The notes below the pieces were generated by a model. It searched no databases. It was not told where the DNA came from and saw only the letters and a program-made list of their open reading frames with translations. A stretch of 63,747 nt of DNA, the filler included, from Octopus bimaculoides (Eukaryota), in assembly GCF_001194135.2 (NCBI RefSeq). It is 8 parts of 8 records of this genome, joined end to end, with 100 filler letters (N's around TTAATTAATTAA, not from the genome) between each part and the next. Parts side by side here need not be neighbours in the genome. Positions count along the whole stretch, not along the records: positions 45,194 to 53,234 come from NC_068990.1; positions 53,335 to 62,404 come from NC_068985.1; 6 more parts are not named here. One strand, written 5' to 3'. Position numbers and translations under genes: made by a program. How positions within the stretch are numbered: position 1 is the stretch's first letter; every line of letters begins with the position of its first letter. Below, one piece after another: positions 48,730 to 60,599 of this stretch.

Positions 48730-50505
48730 CTCTGTTTTCAGTTACCTTGATTCAGCTGACTCAAGCAGCTTCTTTGAATCCTCAGCATGTCCTTTCCGAC
48801 GTAACCTTCGACGCTACTGACATCTTAACAGCAATAAAAGAAATTGAACCTGATTCAGCAGTGGATTCTGATAGGTCCCCGTCTAGAATGCTGAAGGAAT
48901 GCAGACAGCAACTTGCAGCTCCTCTTGCAAATCTCTGGGGGAAATCACTGTATGCCGGTTTTATCCCTTAAAACCTTCTCTCCCAGTCAGACGTTCCTAT
49001 CTTTAAGAAAGGGAGAAAATCGCTNNNNNNNNNNNNNNNNNNNNNNNNNNNNNNNNNNNNNNNNNNNNNNNNNNNNNNNNNNNNNNNNNNNNNNNNNNNN
49101 NNNNNNNNNNNNNNNNNNNNNNNNNAGATGGTGTTGAGATCAAGAATAACAGCCTTCCTAGAGCAAAATCAGCTTCTAAATTGCAACCAACTTGGCTTTC
49201 GTGGTGGGAGGCACTGTCTAACGCAGCTCCTCTACCACTTTGATGACATCTTAAATGCACTAAGTGAGGGCTCCAACGCCGATGTCATATACCTTGATCT
49301 CAGGAAAGCCTTTGACAGGGTAGACCACAATATACTGTTAAGGAAACAATCCAGCGCTGGAGTCGGTGGGGAGCTACTTCAATGGATTAAGTATTTCCTA
49401 ACAAACAGGACCCAGCATGTTGTCGTTGATGGCATCCTCTCAAGACCAGCAAAATCCATCAGCGGAGTCCCGCAGGGTACTGTGCTGGGTCCACTAATTT
49501 TTATTGTCTATATCATTAAAATATTTGCAGATGACTCTAAGCATCAGAAAGTCATTGAGGGAGCATATGATCGAACGATTGAAGTCAATCGGACCTATGC
49601 GCAGTAACCCAGTGGGCAGAAAGAAACAATATGCAGCTGAACGAAGAAAAGCTTTGAGCTCGTCCACTTTGCAAAAGAGGGCACACTCAAGTAACCACAT
49701 ATACTATCGTCGGTAGACCTACTTGAACCGTCGGATAATATCCGAGACTTAAGTGTAACTGTCGACAGTAACTTTAGCTAGAGTGCGCACATCAACAAAA
49801 ATGTCAATATTGCCCGCTGAATGTGCTCAGGGATCCTCAGAACTTTTCAATGTAGCAATCATGAAACCATTGTCCTTCTCTTTTCCAGATTCGCTAGGCT
49901 CCACCTTGAATACTGCTGCCCATTGTGGTCCCCCTACAAAAAAAAAACAAGACATAATGAGGATCGAAGCCCTACAATGATCAATCGCTAAAAAAATAAG
50001 TGGCATGACGGGACTTGATTATTGGGCTCGACTTAAACAGCTGAAACCCTATTCTCTGCAACGACGCCGTGAGCGAGAGATTATTTGCACTATGTGGAAA
50101 ATATTCCACCAATATTATCCAAATGATATCGGTATTATGTTTACAATTCACCGAAGACTAAGTCCCCATGCAATGCGTCCCCTTCAAAGGTCGAGGTCAC
50201 ATCACATAAGAACATTGCGACACAATTTTTTCACTGCAAATGGCCCTGCTCTTTTCAATGTTATCCCGAAAGAAATTAAAGTAGAAAGATACCCAACAAC
50301 TTTCAAACGGTACCTGGAGAAATTCCTTCAGGAAATACCGGATAAACCACCTACACCTGGATACGTCTCAGCTAACAACAACTCTCTGTCTGAGTCGTCC
50401 ATGGTGTCCCGAAATAATTAATTAAAAGACTTTTCCAGGTTGTGTTACTGAGTTAGTCATGGCTTGGGTCAATAATGGTCAAACCAATCTAAGTTATTTA
50501 AGTTA
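48730..50505 (+). mobile_element. 5'-truncated CR1-like LINE, degenerate RT ORF and 3' UTR
   Basis: QLGFRGGRHCLTQLL..DVIYLDLRKAFDRVDHNILL..SGVPQGTVLGPLIFIVYI/IKIFADDSK..YSLQRRRERE..FKRYLEKFLQEIPDKPPTPGY; frameshifts, stops and a short in-frame deletion before FADD. Confidence 0.92.
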
Positions 50506-50515
50506 TACATAGATG

Positions 50516-50581
<66 letters not shown>

Positions 50582-51271
50582 AAAGAAGACGGAAATCTAT
50601 TTGGATTTTTTTTCATTCATCCCGTAAACAAAATGCAAATGCAGTCAGACAGTTTTGAATGCTATTGCCTTTGGTACAGTTGTAGCAGTAGTTAAAATGT
50701 GGTTAGGCTGCTTGTCGTACTACTGACTTCTAATGTCTTTCGTTCTCCGAGTGTCCATTGCCTTTGTGTTGTCGGCTGCTGTCCGCCGTCTTTATTGGCC
50801 TTCTCCTATGCTTTTCGTCAATGCTCTCTGACAAATAACTAAGATGTGCTGAATATGTACTGATGGACAGGATGAGAAAGGCACGAAAAGTCGGAATGGT
50901 AGTTGGAAACAGTTCTAGGCAGAGTCGTTATTGGTTAAATTTTTTTACCATATGGGTAATATTCTAAGCAAATCATGACATCGGGTGATTGCTGAATATT
51001 TCTGCTACATGACTCTCCTGCCAGTGAAATAACCGTTCGCGGTGACTTGAACGAAAGGATAAGAATAGTGCAGTAACTACAGATGTGAGGTGCATAAAGG
51101 AACATGTATTAGAAGAGGGGAAATGCAAGACTAAAAATATTGGTTAAATATTAGGCCGGATTATGCTCCGGAATAATCATTTTAAGATGTTTTTGTTACA
51201 TGTCGTTATTGTTTTTGTTGAATTCAATTTCTTGGAAAAAAGCTGCAATAATTATGCACCAACCTAATATG

Positions 51272-51352
<81 letters not shown>

Positions 51353-51809
51353 TTCGTGTGTCTATATGCATAATATTATACATAGTATGTGCACGGCCTC
51401 TTTAGTATTGCAATTGTGTGTGAGTATGTGAATGCTAATTCATGTTAATGTGCTTATTCGTGTATGTCGATGAGTACAGGGTTTCGATGGTATTGGATGT
51501 CGTAATGTAAGCTTCCTTTGCTAGTCTTACTGCTATCGTCGCCATAAAAGTCATTGAATGCCGGTTGTCGTTCTACGGTTAATGTTTTTGCCTATATGAT
51601 AAATTCCAACCGAGTTTATTTTGATTTTATTTTAATCTACTCCAGAACCTTTTTATTTAGATTATCTGTCTCAAAACTTACAGGAGATATCTGCTTTCGG
51701 TCTATTTACATATTGTAACATGCCCAAATGAACTCATCCAGAAACATTCTTTTGGTCGATCGTATCGCCACCATTTTGGTCAGTATCTCCATTATCCCCT
51801 CCAGCATCA

Positions 51810-52620
51810 CCACCACCTTCACAACCACCACTACCAAGTCTATATTGCCCTCCCTGCCATCACCGGACTTCTAATATCATGCCCACAATGTAATTCCAAT
51901 TTCCGCTATCGTTCTCACCATTACCATCGCTCCCACCACAATCAACGCTCCCACCACTACTATTCCTTCCACCACTACCATCGCTCCCACCACTACTATT
52001 CCTCACATCACTACCATCGCTCCCACCACTACCATTACTCCCATCACTACTATTTCTCCCACCGCTACCATTTCTCCCACCACTATCATCACTCCCAACA
52101 CTACCATCACTACCACCATTACCATCGTTTTCCCCATTACCATCGCTCACACCACTGATGGTTTTGGTGGGAGTGATGGTATTGGTGGAAGTGATGATAT
52201 TGGTGGGAGTGATGGTAGTGGTGGGAGCTTTGGCAGTGGTAGGAGCGAGGGCAGTGGTAGGAGCGAGGGCAGTGGTAGGAGCGAGGGCAGTGGTAGGAGT
52301 TATGGCCGTCGATCCAAACACTACCATTGCTCCCGCCACTATTATCACTCCCAGCACTACCATTGCTCTCACCACTACCATTGCTCCCACCACTACCATC
52401 GCTCCTGCAACTACCAACGCTTCCGCCACTACCATTGCTTCCACCACTACTATCACTCTCACCACGGCCATAACTCCTACCACTGCCAAAGCTCCCACCA
52501 CTACCATCACTCCCACCACTACAATTATTCCCTCCACTACCACCACTCCCACCACTACCATCGCTCCCACCAATACCATCACTCCCACCACTACTACCAT
52601 CACGTTCAACCTCCCACTAG
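51810..52620. repeat. 18-bp-unit minisatellite (ACCATCGCTCCCACCACT-like) with an internal inverted segment at ~52158-52308
   Basis: C-rich units flank a G-rich block whose reverse complement matches 52464-52520. Confidence 0.85.
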
Positions 52621-52689
52621 CACCACACCAACGTCAAACATAGCCGTTTCGTGATTTTTTAGTTTTTTTGTTTCACTGTCGTTGCCATT

Positions 52690-53051
52690 GTCGTCATCAT
52701 CGACGCCGTCGACGTCGTCGTCGTCGTCGTCGTTATCACCAACACGACCATCACCATCATCGTTATCCTCTACAACCATCACCGTCATCACCATCATCAT
52801 CCTCAGCAGCAGCATCATCATTAGCTTTGTTGCCATCTACTTTTATATTTTGAATGTCATCAACATTTCTTTTGTTTGTCATTTAGGTTGTTGTTGTTGT
52901 TGGTGGTGGTGGTGGTGGTGGTGGTGCGGCAGTGGTGGTGGTGAGGTGTCGTGGGTAGTGTGGCGTTGGTGCCGGTAGATTTTCTGTCGGTGGTCATGTT
53001 GATGATAACGGCAGTGTGGTGGTTGTACTGTTCTTGTTGTTGTTGTTGTTG

Positions 53052-53084
<33 letters not shown>

Positions 53085-53150
53085 ATAGTATGGGTACGGT
53101 AGGGGTGAGGGTGATTCTATTGATGGTGATGGCGGTAGTGGTGAGTGTGG

Positions 53151-53202
<52 letters not shown>

Positions 53203-53235
53203 GGTGGTGGTGGTAGGGGATGATGGTGACGTCGN
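52690..53235. repeat. Mixed trinucleotide arrays (CGT, CAT, GTT, GGT, AGT)
   Basis: Directly visible. Confidence 0.9.
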
Positions 53236-53544
53236 NNNNNNNNNNNNNNNNNNNNNNNNNNNNNNNNNNNNNNNNNNNTTAATTAATTAANNNNNNNNNN
53301 NNNNNNNNNNNNNNNNNNNNNNNNNNNNNNNNNNCAACAAAAAACCTATTTGTATATGCTCCACAAGGGAAAACAAGGAACATAGTTTACAATGAGGTGT
53401 TATAATCACAACAGCAAGAAAGTATGTACATGATCACCTTCTTTTACGAAACTTCATTGACTTTCATATATTTATATTGATATACATATATATACGTGTG
53501 TTTGGGTGCCAATGTGTATATACATCTCTATATATAAAGATGAT

Positions 53545-53615
53545 GCGTAGTCTAGACGGCGTTTTTAGATTTCATTATTCTCTTTAACCCGGGCAACGCC
53601 GGGTATTTCTGCTAG
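53545..53615 (+). mobile_element. Helitron 3' terminus
   Basis: ACCCGGGCAACGCCGGGT hairpin, then ATTTCTGCTAG|T. Confidence 0.75.
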
Positions 53616-53650
<35 letters not shown>

Positions 53651-56011
53651 TCACACACACATACCCATATATGTATGTGCTTATATGTATGTATCTATGT
53701 ATGAATGAATCTACGATTGTATATGTTAGTGTCTATATTGGAGAGCATTTGGCGATGCACAAGTACATACAGATATTTGTTTTCTTGCGATAACCACGGT
53801 TCGTATAGATAAATGCTGGCGATGAATTGCTTGAGGACTAAAAAATAATAGAGAGGGAGATATAGAGAAGGATATTCAAAGAGAGAGAGAGAGGACAGAG
53901 AGAGGAAACGAGAAACAGCCGGGCGGCGGTGGTCGACAGTAAGAATTTTGGGAAAAATCATGTTATTGACATTGTGATTTCAGTGTTTGATATCGTAGTT
54001 TGTGACACTAATTCAAATAAGGTTTCTGGACAGCGTTTTAAAAACCCTCTGGACACCTGACAGCCCCACATCACTTGTTCTGTCAGTAGACTTTTAAAAA
54101 CCACGATAGTTTAATCTAAAGTGGTTCAACCAGTCCAAGACTGTCACTTAAGATCAAAACTTAGAGCAATAGACGAAGATCTGTCTGTTGAAAAGAATTC
54201 AATTTGGAAAGATTACGTATTGTAGGTTGTCTGTGGGAGACAGACAATAAGATGGTTTAATGGCTCACTCCTGTATCGAATGGATAATAGAAATTACAAT
54301 GCAAAGTTGGTGTTTTATTTATAATCGATGGTGGGAGTATGATCGTATGTTTTTCTTGCCTCCGCGTGTTTGTGTGTGTGCGTGTGCGTGTGTGTATTAG
54401 TGAGTGTGTTTCGTATTTGTGGAAATAATGTACGTAGAAGTAGGTTTTTGTGCTGTCGACTGAATTAGCGCAATTGGCGAAAACACTTGAAATGATCTTT
54501 CATAGTTTATGGACAAATGTGCTTCGCTTGGAAAAATTAGTTTCAATCGAATTCACCTTTTTCAACCCAACTCAGTCGACTTCATATATATATATATATA
54601 TATATANNNNNNNNNNNNNNNNNNNNNNNNNNNNNNNNNNNNNNNNNNNNNNNNNNNNNNNNNNNNNNNNNNNNNNNNNNNNNNNNNNNNNNNNNNNNNN
54701 NNNNNNNNNNNNNNNNNNNNNNNNNNNNNNNNNNNNNNNNNNNNNNNNNNNNNNNNNNNNNNNNNNNNNNNNNNNNNNNNNNNNNNNNNNNNNNNNNNNN
54801 NNNNNNNNNNNNNNNNNNNNNNNNNNNNNNNNNNNNNNNNNNNNNNNNNNNNNNNNNNNNNNNNNNNNNNNNNNNNNNNNNNNNNNNNNNNNNNNNNNNN
54901 NNNNNNNNNNNNNNNNNNNNNNNNNNNNNNNNNNNNNNNNNNNNNNNNNNNNNNNNNNNNNNNNNNNNNNNNNNNNNNNNNNNNNNNNNNNNNNNNNNNN
55001 NNNNNNNNNNNNNNNNNNNNNNNNNNNNNNNNNNNNNNNNNNNNNNNNNNNNNNNNNNNNNNNNNNNNNNNNNNNNNNNNNNNNNNNNNNNNNNNNNNNN
55101 NNNNNNNNNNNNNNNNNNNNNNNNNNNNNNNNNNNNNNNNNNNNNNNNNNNNNNNNNNNNNNNNNNNNNNNNNNNNNNNNNNNNNNNNNNNNNNNNNNNN
55201 NNNNNNNNNNNNNNNNNNNNNNNNNNNNNNNNNNNNNNNNNNNNNNNNNNNNNNNNNNNNNNNNNNNNNNNNNNNNNNNNNNNNNNNNNNNNNNNNNNNN
55301 NNNNNNNNNNNNNNNNNNNNNNNNNNNNNNNNNNNNNNNNNNNNNNNNNNNNNNNNNNNNNNNNNNNNNNNNNNNNNNNNNNNNNNNNNNNNNNNNNNNN
55401 NNNNNNNNNNNNNNNNNNNNNNNNNNNNNNNNNNNNNNNNNNNNNNNNNNNNNNNNNNNNNNNNNNNNNNNNNNNNNNNNNNNNNNNNNNNNNNNNNNNN
55501 NNNNNNNNNNNNNNNNNNNNNNNNNNNNNNNNNNNNNNNNNNNNNNNNNNNNNNGATCATGAGCAGAAGTAGTGGGGGAGCATCATAGCCATGTGTTGAG
55601 AGGAATTCTTTGGGGTTTAAATAATTCACCTTTGGAACATGGGTGTTTTGCTCAACATCCTTAAACAAACCTTATTCAGGGACCTTTTAAGCGGGATGGG
55701 CTACTCGACCTGAAGAAAATTCTAATTGGGCCCCATCTGCGAGGTCATGCGCTGTTTATCTTGATATGAGATCACCATGTCGCGCACATATGGTTGTGAT
55801 GCATGTGCCTGGTGTACCCTTATCAGACGGGTAGTCATGATGGGTATAATGGGCTTCGTATATTTTACCCCAGTGTCATTTTGATGACATGCGCTGCTCT
55901 CTCACTCAATGATAATAATACAACTGCTCCTGCTACTACTACTACTACAAACACTACTACACTACAAATATTGTGACCTACTATGACGACTACTACTGCT
56001 ATTACTACTAC

Positions 56012-56180
56012 ACATATTTCCTCCGCATACGCTAAGGCGGAGAAAGCTGGAGGATTGCTTTCGGTTGTGTGTGTTCGTTTGTTTGTTCGTGGACAAGATA
56101 TCTCAAGAAACGCTGGGTGGATTCGGATGAAACTTTCAGGGATGTTTGCCCTCATGTCTGGCACGAACTGATTAGATTTT
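56012..56180 (+). mobile_element. Helentron-associated (HINE/DINE-1-like) non-autonomous element 5' part
   Basis: Subterminal hairpin CCTCCGC..GCGGAG, short GTTT repeat, then GATATCTCAAGAAACGCTGGGTGGATTCGGATGAAACTTTCAGG core. Confidence 0.5.
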
Positions 56181-56192
56181 ATATATATATAT

Positions 56193-56340
56193 AAAACATG
56201 AGGACATCTCATAGGAGAATCCTTTAGAAGATAATGTTGGTTAAGTAAATTTAGTCGTTGGAAAGAGTATTGTTATTCCAACGACCAAGGTTTACTTAAC
56301 CAGCATTATCTTCTAATGGATTCTCCCATGAGAGTTCCTC

Positions 56341-56347
<7 letters not shown>
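56193..56347. mobile_element. Palindromic MITE-like hairpin inserted in (TA)n
   Basis: ~71-bp arms at roughly 88% identity, 12-nt loop, (TA)n on both sides. Confidence 0.8.
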
Positions 56348-56372
<25 letters not shown>

Positions 56373-57597
56373 GTTGACTACATCTCAGATTTTGATTAAA
56401 ATTGCGCTAATAGATTATCTCACATATCAAAATTACAACTGCTAAGTAAAAGATTCCAGTATCTTATTTACTCTTGTTTGGAGATGTATATTAAGAAAAC
56501 GTTATATGCATACAGAATACAGCATAACATGAGGATATGAAATATATGAAAACTTTTCAGTCTATATAATTATATATCTTACTCAGAATTCACACTACGT
56601 CAAACATACTTTACAAGATTTTCCGGGGTTTATTTTTCTGTTAAGATATTCCCTTAATGTTTTGCCATATAAATAGTTACTTGCTATAACATTTTATCTA
56701 AATAAAATCCATAAAAATGAAAAACCCGGTTCAGCCAGACTAAAATGAAATTTGTAGAATAATTTTGATAAATTGCTTTTTGATTCTGAACTCGTGATGA
56801 TTTTAATGAGTTCTACTGAAGAACAAGAGTAATATTAGGGAACTCTTCGGTATTGATTTGCTGACAAAGAAGCTGAATAGCATTTCATTTGAGAGGGCGT
56901 GATTTGTGCAGTCTTCTGGGATTTCCTAAGGTGAAAACATTCTTTCAATTATTAATACCCAATTATAAATCTAAGACAGCGAGCTGGCAGAGTTGTTATA
57001 TTGAAACCAATACTCAAATTTCTTATGTATAATCATCATTACAATATGATAATATAATTTGAATACTCTCCTCATCGATTTCTAAATTGTTCGCTAATTC
57101 TTAGAAGCACTTGATGCTTTTCAAAACTTGCTTAAAATTAGCAACTCTATTCTGCAATGTGTTTACCAAACACTTACAGATTTAATATGGATTGCTATAT
57201 CTGATTAAAACCCCACAATAATTTGGAGATCCAGGAAAGATTACATACAATTTCTGCAAAGTACAAAACTAGACATCTCTTCGGGTACTGTAGGCACTAT
57301 CATTTCTCCCCGAAATTAAGAGACTCATTTCAATACGGCACACTGTCAACGTACCTTTTAGCACTATGTTGTGTAGACGCCTTCACACGATGAAGTAGGC
57401 TAGCCCAATGTGTAGATATAGAGGGAGAAGTCTAGACGTCAGGATAGTTGAGTAGAGGTCGTTCGAGTGGTTGATAACGGAGTGTTTTTGTCAAGTAAGT
57501 CAGAGCGTTAAATATGTGTATGTTGATTATTACTGTTCGAATTGTTGATATTGTTCTTGTGAATTGTTGATTTATTTTTCTTCCCATTGGGGGAAAA

Positions 57598-58735
57598 ATG
57601 AAGAAAACGCCAGTGGGTGGCCACAGTTATGCAGCCGCAACTGGAAAGGGAATAGAAGAGGAAACGTTGTAAATAATTGAAATTAAGGTAGAACCAAGGA
57701 AAATGAAGGAATGTGAGAGGCTGCTGGAGAAAGTTGGAGATACGTTGAACTTAACGCCGCCTGCAGAACTGACAAGTAATGTAGCAAAAAGAACAGTTGT
57801 ATTCAAGACAATGAAAATTGCAACGAGAAAGATAGAGATAGCGACAGTGGAAGAAATTGAAGAATGTCTAAAGAGCATAGAAAAACTAACAACATTTATA
57901 AAAAGAGGAAGGAATTATGCCACCATGGAGGTACGCTTTGCGAGAGAGAAAGAAGCAATTAAACACTCCACGGAGGCAATAAGATCGGAGGAGTGAGTAC
58001 TTTTGCCTTCGTACTGTGGCAAACGTGAGGCCAGAGTATGAGTAGGCAAAGTACCCCCAGATCTAAAAGAAACATGGCTAATAACAGCCATAATGTTCAA
58101 CATGAGGGATGAGGCCAAGATATTGAAGGCCACAAGGACACAAAGAATTAATTACTGGGGATACGGGATTGAGTTCACTATCCAGGCAACAATAGATGAC
58201 TTAAATCGAATTGTTGAGGAGATAGTGCTGCTCGACGCCTTGAGATTTAGAGTGATAGTGGAGGGCAGGCCGCCTATATGTTTTGCGTGTAAGGAGAAAG
58301 GTCACATGAAGGCGAGGTGCCCACGGAGAGAAAACACGGAGAAGCAGGAGAATACGAACCAGGTAGTACAGGTGGAGATGGAAGAAAATAAAACGGAAGA
58401 GGGATTCACGATGGTGGAATGAAAAAGGAGAAGTAGAAGAGCGAGCCCGCCTCCAGAGAACCAGAAAAAGAAGAAAGAAGAGGTGGAAAAGAAAGCTGTG
58501 ACCAGAAGGAAGACAGACGAAGGGGTGGTGGAGACAGAAAGTGAGAAGGTAATTGAAAAGGTGTTCGAAAAGGAGTTACAGAAGGAGGAAGCAGTGTTAA
58601 TGACGCCGGTTGTCCCAGCGAAGGAAAAACATTCAGGGTGGAATGGAGAGATTGTTCAGAGTTGAAAAGAAAAAAGGTACCAGAAGTGGAAGAAGAAAAG
58701 AGAAAACCAGGAGGAAAAATAAATGGAATTTCGTA
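57598..58735 (+). pseudogene. Gag-like ORF1 of an L1/Tx1-type LINE with a CCHC zinc knuckle; several in-frame stops
   Basis: One continuous frame from ATG 57598 (MKKTPVGGHSYAAA..) through FRVIVEGRPPICFACKEKGHMKARCP to a Lys/Glu-rich tail; stops at 57670, 57994, 58039, 58420, 58663. Confidence 0.7.
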
Positions 58736-58894
58736 ACATATGCAAAAAGCAAAGAGACGTAAAGAAATTTTTTTTAATTCAAGCATATCATAAGAGTGAG
58801 GTCACCCAAAATATTACCGCAGCACTGTAGTTTGAATACAAACTCAGTATCTGTACTGCATTGTAATTTGGTTGTCAACTAGCAATGACTTGCG

Positions 58895-59132
58895 TAATAT
58901 GGTAGACATATTGGGTTTAATATTGGTTTCAAATTTCAGCACATGGCCTAGAACGTCAGGGGTACGTATAAGTCGATTACATCAACCCCAGTGCTCAACT
59001 GTTACTTATTTCATTGACCCTGAAAGGACGAAAGGCAAAGACGACCTCAGCGGATTTGAACTGAGAACATAAAGACGGACGAAACACTGCCTTGCATTTT
59101 TCCCGGCATGCTCACGATTTTGTCACCTCGCC
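58895..59132 (-). mobile_element. SINE family B copy
   Basis: CCCCAGTGCTCAACTGTTACTTATTTCATTGACCCTGAAAGGACGAAAGGCAAAGACGACCTCAGCGGATTTGAACT. Confidence 0.85.
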
Positions 59133-59156
59133 ACCATATATTGAGGTTTAATATAA

Positions 59157-59345
59157 GGCGGAGAGATGACAGAATCGTTAGATCGCGGAGCAAAATGCTT
59201 AGTGGCATTTTGTCCCTCTTTACGTTCTGAGAGCAAATTCCACTGCGGACGACTGTGGCTTTCATCTTTTCGGAGTTGATAGAATAAGTACAGTTGAGCA
59301 CTGGGGTCGATTTAATAGACTTAGACCCTTTCCTGAAACTGCTGA
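59157..59345 (+). mobile_element. SINE family B copy, head-to-head with the previous one
   Basis: GGCGGAGAGATGACAGAATCGTTAG..GAGCAAATTCCAC..CTTTCATCTTTTCGGAGTTGATAGAATAAGTAC. Confidence 0.85.
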
Positions 59346-59950
59346 CCAAAATTTAACACCAATATTTATATTCATAAAGAAAATATCCCACCTCAAATGG
59401 AAAATTAGATGCCTTGCTGATTTTAATAAATCATCTATAAACACTCGACTTGATATTGCATGGAGAAAGATTGTTTTACACCTTCGATAATTTCTATATT
59501 TTAGAATCAAAATACGTGTTTTACAGTGACATATTGTCGAGAAACTTCAGTCATGTTTGTAATCTCGAGAGGAGAGTAAACAACTTCCATGATGTTGAAA
59601 TAGAAGACCACAGACTGGAAGAATAAGCACAAAATATATTATAAAGGCTGCTAGATTATTTCCTATCGAAGTTTCTAAATGTATAGAAACAGAATCTCAC
59701 CTCGCCTTTCCCCCTGATTAGTACAGTGTGTTTAAACATAGTTGACAAGTTCTCGAGCTTCTGGTTGCAGAATCATTTGAACCAGTTCTCTATCCCCTCG
59801 GTTTAGAATCAACTCACCAGTTTTTGAGCATTTTATTGCAGAATCATTTTCCGTAAAAATGTAATTAATCGAATTATAGGAAGAGCGCACTGAAAAGATT
59901 ATACACAAATCTCAGTCAAAAATTGGGTGCTGAAAACAAGTTCTAGACAT

Positions 59951-60599
59951 AAATGATTGACAAGATTGTCTGAAACACAGTGAAATGATGGAGTCGAGCA
60001 ACACTTCTAATAACCGTAAATAATGGCTTTAATATTCGGGTATGTATCAAATTGTTACCATAAAATTGTTACCATAAAAATATTATAAATTAATAATAGC
60101 ATGATAAGATGGTCTAAAGCGCATCTAACTTTTGCGATTACTTTTTATAATTTCACCCATGTTTTGAGGAAACATTATCATTACTCATGCAAATAATTAT
60201 CATTAACAAGACCAATATGACTCCTATCGCAATTTTTGCTGAGAAATACTGTTTTGTAATAAAGGTTGTGAGGTCGAGACAAGGGATAATCTTTACAACT
60301 AAACATATGAAATTTGACAGAACTAATTCGTTGAGTTTGTTACAAATGATTGACAAGATTGTCTAAAACACAGTGAAATGATGGAGTCGAGCAACACTTC
60401 TAATAACCGTAAATAATGGCTTTAATATTCGGGTATGTATCAAATTGTTACCATAAAATTGTTACCATAAAAATATTATAAATTAATAATAGCATGATAA
60501 GATGGTCTAAAGCGCATCTAACTTTTGCGGTTACTTTTTATAATTTCACCCATGTTTTGAGGAAACATTATCATTACTCATGCAAATAATTATCATTAA
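59951..60599 (+). repeat. 256-bp direct repeat (59951-60206 / 60344-60599) with a 137-bp spacer
   Basis: Copies differ at only 2 positions that I could see; period 393 bp. Confidence 0.92.
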
